Shown here one piece after another: positions 26,330 through 35,256 of a stretch of DNA of 35,316 bases. The notes beneath the pieces are model-generated. The model was not told the origin of the DNA. It searched no databases and saw only the letters and a program-made list of their open reading frames with translations. The DNA lies in NCBI GenBank assembly GCA_964496415.1, contig CAZBZN010000006.1:1-35316 (forward strand), written 5' to 3'. Position numbers and translations under genes: made by a program. The stretch comes from Candidatus Micrarchaeota archaeon (lineage in GTDB: Archaea > B1Sed10-29 > JAJRYS01). Numbering within the stretch: the first letter of the stretch is position 1; every line of letters starts with the position of its first letter.

Positions 26330-26494
26330 GTGAAGTCACAGATTAGTACTGAGTATTTAGTAATCCTTGCTGGTTTGGTCATTCTTACTGCAGTAGTTAC
26401 TGTGCTTGCTTTCATGGTTTCTTCAAAAGCAGGTGCTTTGAAACAAGAAGGAGTTTCTCTTGCTAATAAAACTGTTGGCATGATAGGTGGTTGA
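26330..26494 (+). CDS. Minimal pilin-like protein (54 aa; not in ORF track)
   Basis: GTG start directly after the previous TAA: MKS/QISTEYLVILAGLVILTAVVTVLAFMVSSKAGALKQEGVSLANKTVGMIGG. Its TGA abuts the next ATG. Confidence 0.85.
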   Translation: MKSQISTEYLVILAGLVILTAVVTVLAFMVSSKAGALKQEGVSLANKTVGMIGG

Positions 26495-26884
26495 ATGAAG
26501 TCTCAAGTAACTGTTGAATACTTGCTTATCCTTGTGGTAATGCTTTTGCTTTTTTCAAGTGTTTCCATGAACTTGGTGGAAGAAAGTTTAAAGACTTCAA
26601 TGCAAGTGCAGACAAAACAAAGCATTGCTTTTGTTAATTCTTCTCTTGTTTCAGCAGCTGGCTTGCTTTTAACTCAGGCTGAAGGTGCTTCTGTCTTGGT
26701 TGAGGTTAAGGCGCCTGCTGACTGCAGCATAGAAGTAAATAATTATTACTTAAAGTATGTTTGTTCTGGTTATTCTGAAGAGTATAATGGAACTGTTGTT
26801 GGTTCAGGTTTAGGAGTATCTTATTCTCCTGTGGGGGTAATTAATAATGGTGAGAGGGGAGAGATTAAAGTTCAAAAAGTTTAA
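26495..26884 (+). CDS. Minor pilin
   Basis: MKS/QVTVEYLLILVV class III signal peptide. Confidence 0.85.
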   Translation: MKSQVTVEYLLILVVMLLLFSSVSMNLVEESLKTSMQVQTKQSIAFVNSSLVSAAGLLLTQAEGASVLVEVKAPADCSIEVNNYYLKYVCSGYSEEYNGTVVGSGLGVSYSPVGVINNGERGEIKVQKV

Positions 26885-27233
26885 GTCTCAGGGAAGCTAT
26901 GAGCTATTATTAGTGATTGGGGTAGTGTTAGTTTTGTTGTTTTCGATAATGGATGGCTTTTTCTCTCAAGCAAGCCCAGCAGTTGTTTTGACTGCGTTGA
27001 AGGATGGTGCTTTAAGAATTAATTTTGAAAAGCAGGTAATGTTTAAAAGGAAGTGTGACACACCAGTTGTAAATTCCAGTGAAAATGGTTTTGTGGTTGC
27101 TGGCTCTTGTTTGAATTCTTCTGATGCAATTACTTTGGCTAATCTTGTTGAAGAAGAACAATGTGGAGTTTCTCCTGATAATGATAATGTGATTGATTGT
27201 TTTGGAAACCCTGTTGTTGAGGTGAGCTCTTGA
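26847..27233 (+). CDS. Minor pilin
   Basis: ...KKFKS/QGSYELLLVIG; start codon uncertain. Confidence 0.78.
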   Translation: MVRGERLKFKKFKSQGSYELLLVIGVVLVLLFSIMDGFFSQASPAVVLTALKDGALRINFEKQVMFKRKCDTPVVNSSENGFVVAGSCLNSSDAITLANLVEEEQCGVSPDNDNVIDCFGNPVVEVSS

Positions 27234-27598
27234 AAGGAGTCGTGTCTTTGGATGCTTTAATAATGTTTGTTTTGTTGTTTTTGTTAGTGTTATGGCTTCA
27301 GAATCTTGCTTTTTCTTATTTGAAAAGTTCAGAGGATTTCGGAAGGCAGGTTCAATGCAGTGGGTTTGCTCAGCAAGCTGGGTCTGAAGCTAATGCTTTT
27401 TACGCTGCAAGTCCTTCTAATGATGCTTATTTGAATTATTCTGGCGAGGCTGTTTTCCTTTCAGGGCGTAAAGATGTTTCTGTTAAAAAAGAAGCTGGTT
27501 CAAGTTCGTTGGTTGCTTCTGTTGATGGTTTTGATTGTTATTATGATGTTGTTGATGGTGTTTATTATGACACTGATTTGAAGGTGTTTAAGGAATGA
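27230..27598 (+). CDS. Minor pilin-like protein
   Basis: MKG/VVSLDAL plus hydrophobic helix; TTG start with SD GAGGTGA. Confidence 0.75.
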   Translation: MKGVVSLDALIMFVLLFLLVLWLQNLAFSYLKSSEDFGRQVQCSGFAQQAGSEANAFYAASPSNDAYLNYSGEAVFLSGRKDVSVKKEAGSSSLVASVDGFDCYYDVVDGVYYDTDLKVFKE

Positions 27599-27972
27599 AA
27601 GCGCAGGTGTTTTCTTTGGATGCTTTGATTGCGTTGGTTTTGGTAATAGTAATTCTTTCTATTGTTGTTGAGAGGACCACTGAAGCAAGAAGCGTAGATG
27701 TGCATTATCTTGAGTTAAAGCAGTTGGCTGATGATTTTTCCCAGATTGCTGTTAAAAGGAGCCTTACTAATGGCGAACCAAATGTTATTAGTTCTTCAAA
27801 GCTTCAGGAATTTTCTTCTAAGATGAGTTCTCTCTCTTATGATTATGAGATAGAATTGTCTACTGGTGAAAAAATTGGGGATTGTTCAGGTCATGATGAA
27901 GTAGCTGTTTCAAAAAGAGCAGTGGTCATTGATGGGGTTTCTGGCTGGCTGGAGGTGAAAATCTGCTCATGA
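27595..27972 (+). CDS. Minor pilin-like protein
   Basis: MKA/QVFSLDAL plus hydrophobic helix. Confidence 0.78.
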   Translation: MKAQVFSLDALIALVLVIVILSIVVERTTEARSVDVHYLELKQLADDFSQIAVKRSLTNGEPNVISSSKLQEFSSKMSSLSYDYEIELSTGEKIGDCSGHDEVAVSKRAVVIDGVSGWLEVKICS

Positions 27973-28265
27973 AAGGATTTTTCATTTCAATGGATGCGGC
28001 AATGGCTGTAATAGTAGTGTTGATTTTTTCAATGACTGCTTTGTTAGTGTTAAATTCAAGCCATGATGATGGAGTAGTTTACTTGTCTAGGCTGGCTAGG
28101 GATTACTATGAGGTTAAGAGAATCGATCCTTCTGCTGACTTGTCATGGATTAATACTTCATGTGATAATGCTCCTGTTGTTGTTTCAAAGAAAGCTTACT
28201 ACTATGATTCTGAAGCAAATGAAGTAAAAGCTGAGCTTGTGAAAGTATGCGGGGTATATGGGTGA
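27969..28265 (+). CDS. Minor pilin-like protein
   Basis: MKG/FFISMDA plus hydrophobic helix. Confidence 0.75.
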   Translation: MKGFFISMDAAMAVIVVLIFSMTALLVLNSSHDDGVVYLSRLARDYYEVKRIDPSADLSWINTSCDNAPVVVSKKAYYYDSEANEVKAELVKVCGVYG

Positions 28266-28269
28266 TGTG

Positions 28270-28689
28270 ATGAAGGGTTTTATAATTACTGGTATTGCTT
28301 TGGTTTTAGGCGTGATCATGCTTGTGTTTGTTAATTATTCTGTAGTAGCGGGTAAAGTTTATTCTTCTAAAGACCAGGCTTTAATGCTTATTGATGAGAC
28401 TTATAATAGGAAAGTTGATGTGCTTAGGATTGTTGAGGCTGCTTCTAATGATTCAGTAGAGGAGTCAAAGTCAGCGTCGCTTTCTTGCGATTCTGCTGTC
28501 AGTGCTTTAGTTCAAAGGCTTGATGAAGTTCTTTCAAGTCCCTTGCTTTCAGAAAATGGCGTGAATACTACTTATTATGTGAATGTTGTTAATAATTGCC
28601 CTTCTTCTTTTACTGTTGAAGTTTCTTTGAATTTTACTTCAAGAATAATGAAAGACAGCGCAGTTTTTTCTAAGACTTACAATTATTAG
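28270..28689 (+). CDS. Minor pilin-like protein
   Basis: MKG/FIITG plus hydrophobic helix; ATG 28270 with SD GGTGA. Confidence 0.68.
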   Translation: MKGFIITGIALVLGVIMLVFVNYSVVAGKVYSSKDQALMLIDETYNRKVDVLRIVEAASNDSVEESKSASLSCDSAVSALVQRLDEVLSSPLLSENGVNTTYYVNVVNNCPSSFTVEVSLNFTSRIMKDSAVFSKTYNY

Positions 28690-28757
28690 GCTTTAACTGG
28701 TTTTGTCTCTTTAAAGTTAAGAATTATTTTTTAACAAGAGATTTTATTTCCATATTC

Positions 28758-29090
28758 ATGAGAAAAGCTTTTTTATTTTTGGGTTTTGCAGTACTCGGCT
28801 TGTTTTTAAGTTATTATTTTTCAGATGACAGATATGAAAAAGTAGACCCTAAAGCTCTTGCTGAAAACTGCTATGGCAGAGTGGAATTAGACGGCAGGCT
28901 TCTCAGGGTCTTTTACTCTAAAAAGGGTAACTTGATAGGAGTTGTTTCAAGCAATGGTTATCATTTTCTTGTGTTGTTGAATGGTTATAATTATTCTAAA
29001 GGGGACTTGTTGACTGTGAAAGGTTTTGCTTCAAAGTATTCTGGTTCTTGCTGGGTTTTTCCTAAGCAGGTGAAACTCAATGATTTTTGA
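28758..29090 (+). CDS. Membrane-anchored OB-fold-like protein
   Basis: N-terminal TM/signal; VELDGRL..V..SKKGN, KGDLLTVKGFASKY OB-type pattern. Confidence 0.6.
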   Translation: MRKAFLFLGFAVLGLFLSYYFSDDRYEKVDPKALAENCYGRVELDGRLLRVFYSKKGNLIGVVSSNGYHFLVLLNGYNYSKGDLLTVKGFASKYSGSCWVFPKQVKLNDF

Positions 29091-30159
29091 AGTATTTTTA
29101 GGAGTGCTTGCAGGGTTTGCTGTTGGCTTAATACCAGGGTTTCATGTTAATAACGTGCTTTCTTTTTTGAAAAGTGATTTGGTGATTGTTTCTGCTTCTA
29201 TTGCTTTTGTGTTTGCTTCATTGATTAGTTCTGCTTTTTTAGGTTCAGGGGAGAACTTTGTTGTTCTTCCTCCTGTTCAAAGGATTTTGCTTAAGAGAAA
29301 AGGAATCTTAGTGCTTTCAAAAACAATTAACACTTTAATGTTTTCAGCTTTTCTCTTGCCTTTCTTTTTTTACTTGTTTTTTCTGATTTTAGGAGTCTTT
29401 TCTTTTTTCAAAAAGCTTTTTTTCTTCTTTTTGTTTGGCGCATTGATTGGTTTTTTGAAGCATGGTCTTAAAGCATTAGTGGTTATTTTGCTTTCATCTG
29501 GTCTTGGCTTGATTTGTTTGAATAAGGATCTGTTGTTTCCTTTGCTTGCAGGGTTTTTTGCTTCACCTACTTTGCTTGCTTCCATCTTTATGGTTAGAAG
29601 TTTCCCTAAACAAGTAGAAGTATTCTCTAAGGAAGTTTGTTACAGGCATAGTTTTTTAGCTGGTTTTTTAAGTTTGTTTTTTTCTTTGATTCCAGCTGTT
29701 TCTTCTTCAATAGTTGCAGTGATAGCTAAAAGTTTTTTTGGTTTAGAAGAAGATGATTTTATCATTTTTACAGGAGCGGTTAGTTATTATTACATGGTGT
29801 TTTCTTTTGCTGCTTATTCTTTTTTTGGAATTACTCGCAGCGGTTCAGCTGCTTACTTAACTTCAAAGCCAGGTTTGCTTAGCTTGCTTGGTCTTTTGAT
29901 TTTTACTACTATTGTTTCAGGTTACTTGGCTTTGTTTTTTCTGAAGAAAGCTTTTACTGTCCTTTATTTTTTTGGAAGAAAGCTTTTTTCTTTTGTTTTT
30001 CTCCTGTTGCTTTTTTTAGTGTTTTTTCATCATGGCTTTTTTGGTTTGTTAGTGTTTTTTACAAGTACTTGTATTGGATTGTTATGTCAGGAGCTTGAGG
30101 TTCCAAGGCATGTTTGTATGGCTTCCTTGATTGTGCCAACAATGTTACTTATTTATTAA
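29080..30159 (+). CDS. TctA-like (DUF112) polytopic membrane protein
   Basis: GLIPGFHVNN, LPPVQRIL, LFPLLAGFF, TRSG, and C-terminal MASLIVPT match the archaeal TctA-like family. Confidence 0.72.
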   Translation: MIFEVFLGVLAGFAVGLIPGFHVNNVLSFLKSDLVIVSASIAFVFASLISSAFLGSGENFVVLPPVQRILLKRKGILVLSKTINTLMFSAFLLPFFFYLFFLILGVFSFFKKLFFFFLFGALIGFLKHGLKALVVILLSSGLGLICLNKDLLFPLLAGFFASPTLLASIFMVRSFPKQVEVFSKEVCYRHSFLAGFLSLFFSLIPAVSSSIVAVIAKSFFGLEEDDFIIFTGAVSYYYMVFSFAAYSFFGITRSGSAAYLTSKPGLLSLLGLLIFTTIVSGYLALFFLKKAFTVLYFFGRKLFSFVFLLLLFLVFFHHGFFGLLVFFTSTCIGLLCQELEVPRHVCMASLIVPTMLLIY

Positions 30160-30179
30160 CTTGTGCTGTAACTTACTTT

Positions 30180-30530
30180 ATGAGAATAAAAAAAGAGGTT
30201 CTTAAGAGGATTTTGGAATTGTCAAAACAAGCTTATCCTAATGAAGTTGCTGGGATTCTTTTAAATGACCCTGTTGATGATTTTGTATTAATGCCAGGTA
30301 AGTTTTCAAGGAATTCAGTTCAGGTTTTTTTAAATGCTGTTCCTTTGTATCCTAACTTGTACGGGTCTTTTCATTCTCATCCTCTTCCAAGCGGGATTCC
30401 TTCTAAGGCTGACCTTGAGTTTTTTTCAAAGTTTGGTAAAGAACATTTAATAATTCATTATCCTTATGAGTTTAACTGCGTTAGTTGTTATACTTCCTTA
30501 GGTAAAAGCTCTTTTATTGAGTTAGTTTAG
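30180..30530 (+). CDS. JAB/MPN+ (JAMM) metalloprotease
   Basis: YPNEVAGIL and HSHP-x5-PSKAD JAMM motif; ATG 30180. Confidence 0.88.
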   Translation: MRIKKEVLKRILELSKQAYPNEVAGILLNDPVDDFVLMPGKFSRNSVQVFLNAVPLYPNLYGSFHSHPLPSGIPSKADLEFFSKFGKEHLIIHYPYEFNCVSCYTSLGKSSFIELV

Positions 30531-30538
30531 TGGTATGC

Positions 30539-31771
30539 ATGAAAGCTTTGTTAGTGGTCTTGGATGGTGCTGCTGGAAAGAAGGGAAAGAGCGCTTTTGA
30601 AAAAGCATTTAAGCCAAACCTTGACAACTTAGCTTGTTTTTCAAAGTTGGGTCTTGTTGAAGTACTTCCAGGGGTTGCTCCAGAATCTGATGAAGCAGTA
30701 TTAGCTCTTTTAGGCGTTAAGTTGAGAAGGCATCCTGGCAGGGGATTGTTTGAGGCTCTTGGTTTTGGAGTTGATTTCAAAGACGGCATGCTTGCTTTAA
30801 GAGCAAATTTTGCAACAGCCAGCAATGGAAGGCTTGTTGACAGGAGGGTTGGCAGGAGCTTAAGTTCAAAGGAGGCTAAGAAGCTTGAAAAAGAAATTAA
30901 TTCAAAGGTAAGGCTTTCAGGGGCAAGTTTTGCGTTTAAATCAACTTTGCAGCATAGGGGTGTTCTTGTTTTAAAGTCAAAAAAGAAGCTTTCAGCTAAG
31001 ATAACTAATGTTGACCCTGCTTATAAGATTGGTGAGAACGGTTACTCAGTAGCTTTGAAGAAGTATCCTATGAAAGTGCTTAAAGCAAAGCCTTTGGAAA
31101 AAAACGCAGAGTTTTCAGCTGAGCTTGTTAATGAATTTGTAGAAAAATCAAGGAAAGTTCTTGAAGCTTCAGAAGTCAACAGAAAAAGACTGAAGAAAGG
31201 ATTACTTCCAGCTAATGTTATTTTATTAAGAGGAGCATCTGATAAAGTTCCAAGAGTAAAAAAGCTTCCTGAAAAATATGGTAAAAGGTTTTGTGTTATT
31301 GCTGACTATCCTTTAGAAGCAGGCATAGGAAGGTTCCTTGGGATGAGAGTAATACGCTTGGAGTATCCTAAAAAGTTTAAGCCAAGTGACTATAAGCTAC
31401 GGGCTTTTAAAGCAGTTAATGCTTTGAAGCGTAATGATTTTGTTTACGTTCACTTGAAAGGCCCTGACGTGTTCGGTCATGACAAGGACTGTGATGGGAA
31501 AGCAAAATGCATTGAAGTTATTGACAAGTATTTTTTCAAGCCATTGCTTGATAACGTTAACTTAGAGAAGACCGTGATAGTTGTCACTTCTGATCATGCT
31601 ACTCCATGCGTTGTTGGAGCTCATACCGCAGATCCTGTTCCCATGTTATTTTACTCGCCTAAGTTTTCAGAGTATGCTGAAAAAAGATTTACTGAAGCTC
31701 AATGTTTTAAAACAAGGTTCAAGCTTAAAGGCAGTGATTTGGTTTCTTTTATCATGGAACAGCTTAACTGA
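30539..31771 (+). CDS. apgM: 2,3-bisphosphoglycerate-independent phosphoglycerate mutase (archaeal type)
   Basis: VVLDG, PESD, GRGLFEALG, RANFAT, DRRVGR, HLKGPDVFGH, TSDHATP...HTADPVP. Confidence 0.92.
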   Translation: MKALLVVLDGAAGKKGKSAFEKAFKPNLDNLACFSKLGLVEVLPGVAPESDEAVLALLGVKLRRHPGRGLFEALGFGVDFKDGMLALRANFATASNGRLVDRRVGRSLSSKEAKKLEKEINSKVRLSGASFAFKSTLQHRGVLVLKSKKKLSAKITNVDPAYKIGENGYSVALKKYPMKVLKAKPLEKNAEFSAELVNEFVEKSRKVLEASEVNRKRLKKGLLPANVILLRGASDKVPRVKKLPEKYGKRFCVIADYPLEAGIGRFLGMRVIRLEYPKKFKPSDYKLRAFKAVNALKRNDFVYVHLKGPDVFGHDKDCDGKAKCIEVIDKYFFKPLLDNVNLEKTVIVVTSDHATPCVVGAHTADPVPMLFYSPKFSEYAEKRFTEAQCFKTRFKLKGSDLVSFIMEQLN

Positions 31772-33530
31772 CCACGTAGTAATACTCGCCTTTCTTTTTT
31801 TGCTCTGAGTCCATTTGAGAACCTGGCTTGTTCATTCTTGGTCTTCCTGTTTCAGGGTCTCTTCTAAAAGTAACGTTCATGCTTTTAAGGAACCTGTTCA
31901 TTCCTTCATGCATTCCAACAGGCGGTAAAGCAGTTCCTTTTTTTCCAGGTTCTCCTTCAAAAATCATTATCCTGTTTGACACTAAATCCTGAAACGCTAT
32001 GTCATGATCCACGTTAAGAGTCGTGACTTCTCTTTTTTCTGTGACTCTTTTTATCATCTGAGCTAATTTGAATCTTTGTTCAATGTCAAGGAAAGCACTT
32101 GGTTCATCCAAGAGTATTAAGTCTTTCGTCTTGCTGATTGCAATTCCAATAGCTAATCTTTGAGCTTCTCCACCAGACAGGTTCTTTACTTTTTTATCAT
32201 ACAAGTCTTCTACTGTTTTCTTAACTTCAGAGTTGAAGAATGCAAAGTCAAAGTCTTTTTGACTTTCAATAAATTCTCTTACCGTGATGTCTTCTTCAAA
32301 CTCAACGTATTGTGGTTTGTAAGAAGTAGTTAACTTTAATTCAGGGTCTCCTTCTGTTGGTTTTTCAACTCCTGCAAGAACTTTTACAAAAGTTGATTTC
32401 CCAATAGCGTTTGGGCCCATTACTCCTATTACTTCCCCTTTTATTAGTTCTCCTTCTTTAACCTCAAGTTCAAAGCTTTTGTATTTTTTCTTAAAAGCAT
32501 GATAGGTTATGATTTCTTTGTTTTCCCACTCGCTTGAAGGAGGCTTTACTTCAAATTTGATTTCATAGTCCCTGATTCTAACATTTTCATTTTTTAAGAA
32601 CCCGTGAAGAAACTCGTTTATTCCTGTCCTTGCAGTTTTCAGTCCACTTACTACTCCAAACACTCCTGGCTTTCCATAAAGCACGTGAACATAATCAGCT
32701 AAGTAATCAAGCACTGCCAAGTCATGTTCTACTACAAATACTGCCTTGCCTTCAAGTTCTTCTTTTATCACTCTTGCTGTTTTTAGCCTTTGTTTTATGT
32801 CAAGAAACGAAGAGGGCTCGTCAAAAAAATAAAAATCAGCCTCTTTTAGCAAAGAAGCAGTTATCGCTATTCTTTGAAGTTCTCCTCCAGAAACTTCTGA
32901 AAGAGTTTTGTCAAAGCATTTTTTTATTTCAAGTTTTTCACTTAACTCGTCAAGTTTGTTTCGTTCATCTGTTTTTTCAAGCAGTTTTTCAACATTGCCT
33001 TTGAATACTTTCGGAAGCAGCATTATTTCCTGTGGCTTGTAAGAAACTTTAGCATTCCCGCTTGCAATTAATTCAAAGTACTCTTGAATTTCATGTCCTT
33101 TGAATTCTTCAATAACTTTATCCCAGGACCCTGGTTTTTCAAAGTCACCCAAATTTGGAACAAGATTCCCTGATAAGATTTTTATTATTGTTGACTTTCC
33201 AATTCCATTAGGCCCAATTATCCCAATAACTCCTTTCCTTATTAAAGGGAATTTGTAAATCCTAAAAGAGTTCTTACCATACTGGTGGAAAGGCTTTCCA
33301 ACTTCATAAGGAAGATTAACTATGCTTATCGCATGAAAAGGACATTTTTTAACACAAATCCCGCATCCAGTGCATAAGTTTTCATCAATTGAAGCTATCT
33401 TTTTCTTTTCCTCGTTTATCGTAATGCATTCAGCGCCTGTTCTGTTTACTGGGCAGGCTTTAACACACTCCAACCCACATCTGTCTGGATTGCATTTTTC
33501 TCTGTCAACTACTGCTATTCTTTTTTTCAT
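31764..33530 (-). CDS. rli: Ribosome recycling ATPase ABCE1/RLI
   Basis: Two N-terminal 4Fe-4S Cys clusters, two ABC domains (GPNGIGKS, GPNAIGKS), TFRRD...GRPR.NK...GEYYY. Confidence 0.96.
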   Translation of the reverse strand: MKKRIAVVDREKCNPDRCGLECVKACPVNRTGAECITINEEKKKIASIDENLCTGCGICVKKCPFHAISIVNLPYEVGKPFHQYGKNSFRIYKFPLIRKGVIGIIGPNGIGKSTIIKILSGNLVPNLGDFEKPGSWDKVIEEFKGHEIQEYFELIASGNAKVSYKPQEIMLLPKVFKGNVEKLLEKTDERNKLDELSEKLEIKKCFDKTLSEVSGGELQRIAITASLLKEADFYFFDEPSSFLDIKQRLKTARVIKEELEGKAVFVVEHDLAVLDYLADYVHVLYGKPGVFGVVSGLKTARTGINEFLHGFLKNENVRIRDYEIKFEVKPPSSEWENKEIITYHAFKKKYKSFELEVKEGELIKGEVIGVMGPNAIGKSTFVKVLAGVEKPTEGDPELKLTTSYKPQYVEFEEDITVREFIESQKDFDFAFFNSEVKKTVEDLYDKKVKNLSGGEAQRLAIGIAISKTKDLILLDEPSAFLDIEQRFKLAQMIKRVTEKREVTTLNVDHDIAFQDLVSNRIMIFEGEPGKKGTALPPVGMHEGMNRFLKSMNVTFRRDPETGRPRMNKPGSQMDSEQKKKGEYYYVVS

Positions 33531-33550
33531 AAGAAGACCTCAGAAAAAGT

Positions 33551-33739
33551 TTATATGAAAATCAAAAGCAAGCCAATTACCAGCAGTACTATTGCAAACC
33601 AAACTATGCCGCCGAGAATTATAGTGGTTAATAACTGCATCCAGTTCCAAGAATAATAAAACTGCATTAACCCGCATAAGATCAGTAAGCCGACGATTAT
33701 TATTGTTATTCCAAACTTATCAAATCTCATTAACAGCAC
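33551..33739 (-). CDS. Small two-TM membrane protein
   Basis: 62 aa with two hydrophobic helices; SD GAGGTG; upstream of rli. Confidence 0.65.
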   Translation of the reverse strand: MLLMRFDKFGITIIIVGLLILCGLMQFYYSWNWMQLLTTIILGGIVWFAIVLLVIGLLLIFI

Positions 33740-33780
33740 CTCAATACCTTTTTAAACTATAAGTGTTTTTAAATTTTTTG

Positions 33781-34200
33781 ATGAAACACCAAGGTTCTCT
33801 TGAGTACTTGATCATTATTGCAGCTGTTTTAGCAGTTGCAGCAATAGTAGTTTTGTTCTTAACAGGAGGCTTGTCTTCAGCAAACAGGCAAGCGTTGATT
33901 AATAACTGCAAGCAAGCAGCTTCTAAATGCGCTAACCTAATGGCTACAAGTGATATTGAAATGTGTGATTATTCTGAAAACAGTGAGTGTTACAAGGCCT
34001 GTGTGGTTGATGGTAAAGATGTAATGACTGGGTTGCCTTACCCAGATTATTATTATGGTTTATATTACTGTGCGCTTGGGAAGCCTGAGAACATTTCATA
34101 TTACGAGCCTTCTCAGGGCTCTCCAACCCCACCACTTCCAGGGCTTCCTCCAGAAGTAAAGCCACCTGGTGGAGAGATAGGAGGCATAAGCCCAAGATAA
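33781..34200 (+). CDS. Orphan pilin paralog with Pro-rich C-terminal tail
   Basis: MKH/QGSLEYLIIIAAVLAVAAIVVLFL, CKQAASKC, GKPE; tail SPTPPLPGLPPEVKPPGG. Confidence 0.85.
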   Translation: MKHQGSLEYLIIIAAVLAVAAIVVLFLTGGLSSANRQALINNCKQAASKCANLMATSDIEMCDYSENSECYKACVVDGKDVMTGLPYPDYYYGLYYCALGKPENISYYEPSQGSPTPPLPGLPPEVKPPGGEIGGISPR

Positions 34201-34233
34201 GCCTTTATACTTGTTTTCCCTTTAACAAGCTTT

Positions 34234-35256
34234 ATGAAAGTAATTTTCAGACAGGATAAGCTCATGAAGCTTAAAATACAGTCAGTGGAAGACTTATGGC
34301 ACTTGCATAAAGTCATAAGGCCAGGGGATTTAATAAGTGCTAGTAGTCGGAGAAAGTTTACCACAGAATCTGGGAAAAGTGAAAGGAAACCAGTTTTTTT
34401 GACTTTAAAAGTTGAAAAAGTAGAGTTCCATAAAGGTTATGGAGTGCTTAGGGTTTTAGGAGTAATAATAAGCGGAAAACCTGAAGAATACGTTAGCATT
34501 GGGGAACATCATTCAATAGACTTCTCCCCAGGCGACGTGATCACTATTGAAAAAGAATGGAAAATGCATGAGCTTGAAAGAATAAAAGAAGCTGAAAAGT
34601 CTTCCCAGGAGCTTTTAGTTAACGTGCTTGTGATTGATGAAAGAGAAGCAGAATTGTTTAAAGTAAAATTATTTTCAGTCGAGCCAGTAGGTAGAATAAC
34701 GGTCTCCGGAAGAGGTAAGAAAATAGAAGAAGACAAGCAAATCAAAAACAAGTATTTTAAAGAAGTTGTTGAGCTTCTTGAAAAAACCAAAGGCAAGATA
34801 ATAATAGCAGGGCCTGGTTTTGAAAAAGAAAACTTTTACAATTACTTAAAAGAAAAACACGCTGACATTGCCACTAGGGTTTTCTTAAAAAGCACTAATA
34901 ATACCGGCAAGCAAGCTGTTTTTGAGTTAATGAAGTCAGGAATGCTTGAGGAAGTTGAAAAACAACTCAGGATAATAAGAGAAGTTAAAGCAATAGAAAA
35001 GCTGGTGGAAGCTCTTCCAAAAGACCAAGCAGTCTACGGATTTGAAAAAGTCAAAGAAGCCTTAGAGTACGGGGCAATAGAAGAACTATTAGTAATCGAC
35101 TCACTTGTCATCAAAGACCCAAAAGTAGAAGAGTTAATAGAAGAAGCCAGGGACTACGGGACAACAATAATAATGATATCAGAAGAAAACGAGGAATCAG
35201 AAAAACTTAAAGCACTTGGAGGAATAGCAGGAATACTAAGGTTTAAACTTGAATAA
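34234..35256 (+). CDS. pelA: mRNA surveillance/ribosome rescue protein pelota
   Basis: EDLWHL...PGD, LRVLG, GEHHS, IIAGPGF, AVYG, LGGIAGILRF. Confidence 0.95.
   Translation: MKVIFRQDKLMKLKIQSVEDLWHLHKVIRPGDLISASSRRKFTTESGKSERKPVFLTLKVEKVEFHKGYGVLRVLGVIISGKPEEYVSIGEHHSIDFSPGDVITIEKEWKMHELERIKEAEKSSQELLVNVLVIDEREAELFKVKLFSVEPVGRITVSGRGKKIEEDKQIKNKYFKEVVELLEKTKGKIIIAGPGFEKENFYNYLKEKHADIATRVFLKSTNNTGKQAVFELMKSGMLEEVEKQLRIIREVKAIEKLVEALPKDQAVYGFEKVKEALEYGAIEELLVIDSLVIKDPKVEELIEEARDYGTTIIMISEENEESEKLKALGGIAGILRFKLE

Noticed and set aside
26174..26494. Micro-pilins ending in GG as ubiquitin-like modifiers for the JAMM protease
   Set aside because: GGT GGT simply provides the SD for the next gene, and the proteins are TM helices without a beta-grasp fold.
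29300..30070. Extreme poly-T tracts as repeats or phase-variation sites
   Set aside because: Explained by Phe/Leu-rich TM helices and T-ending codon bias; the frame is intact.
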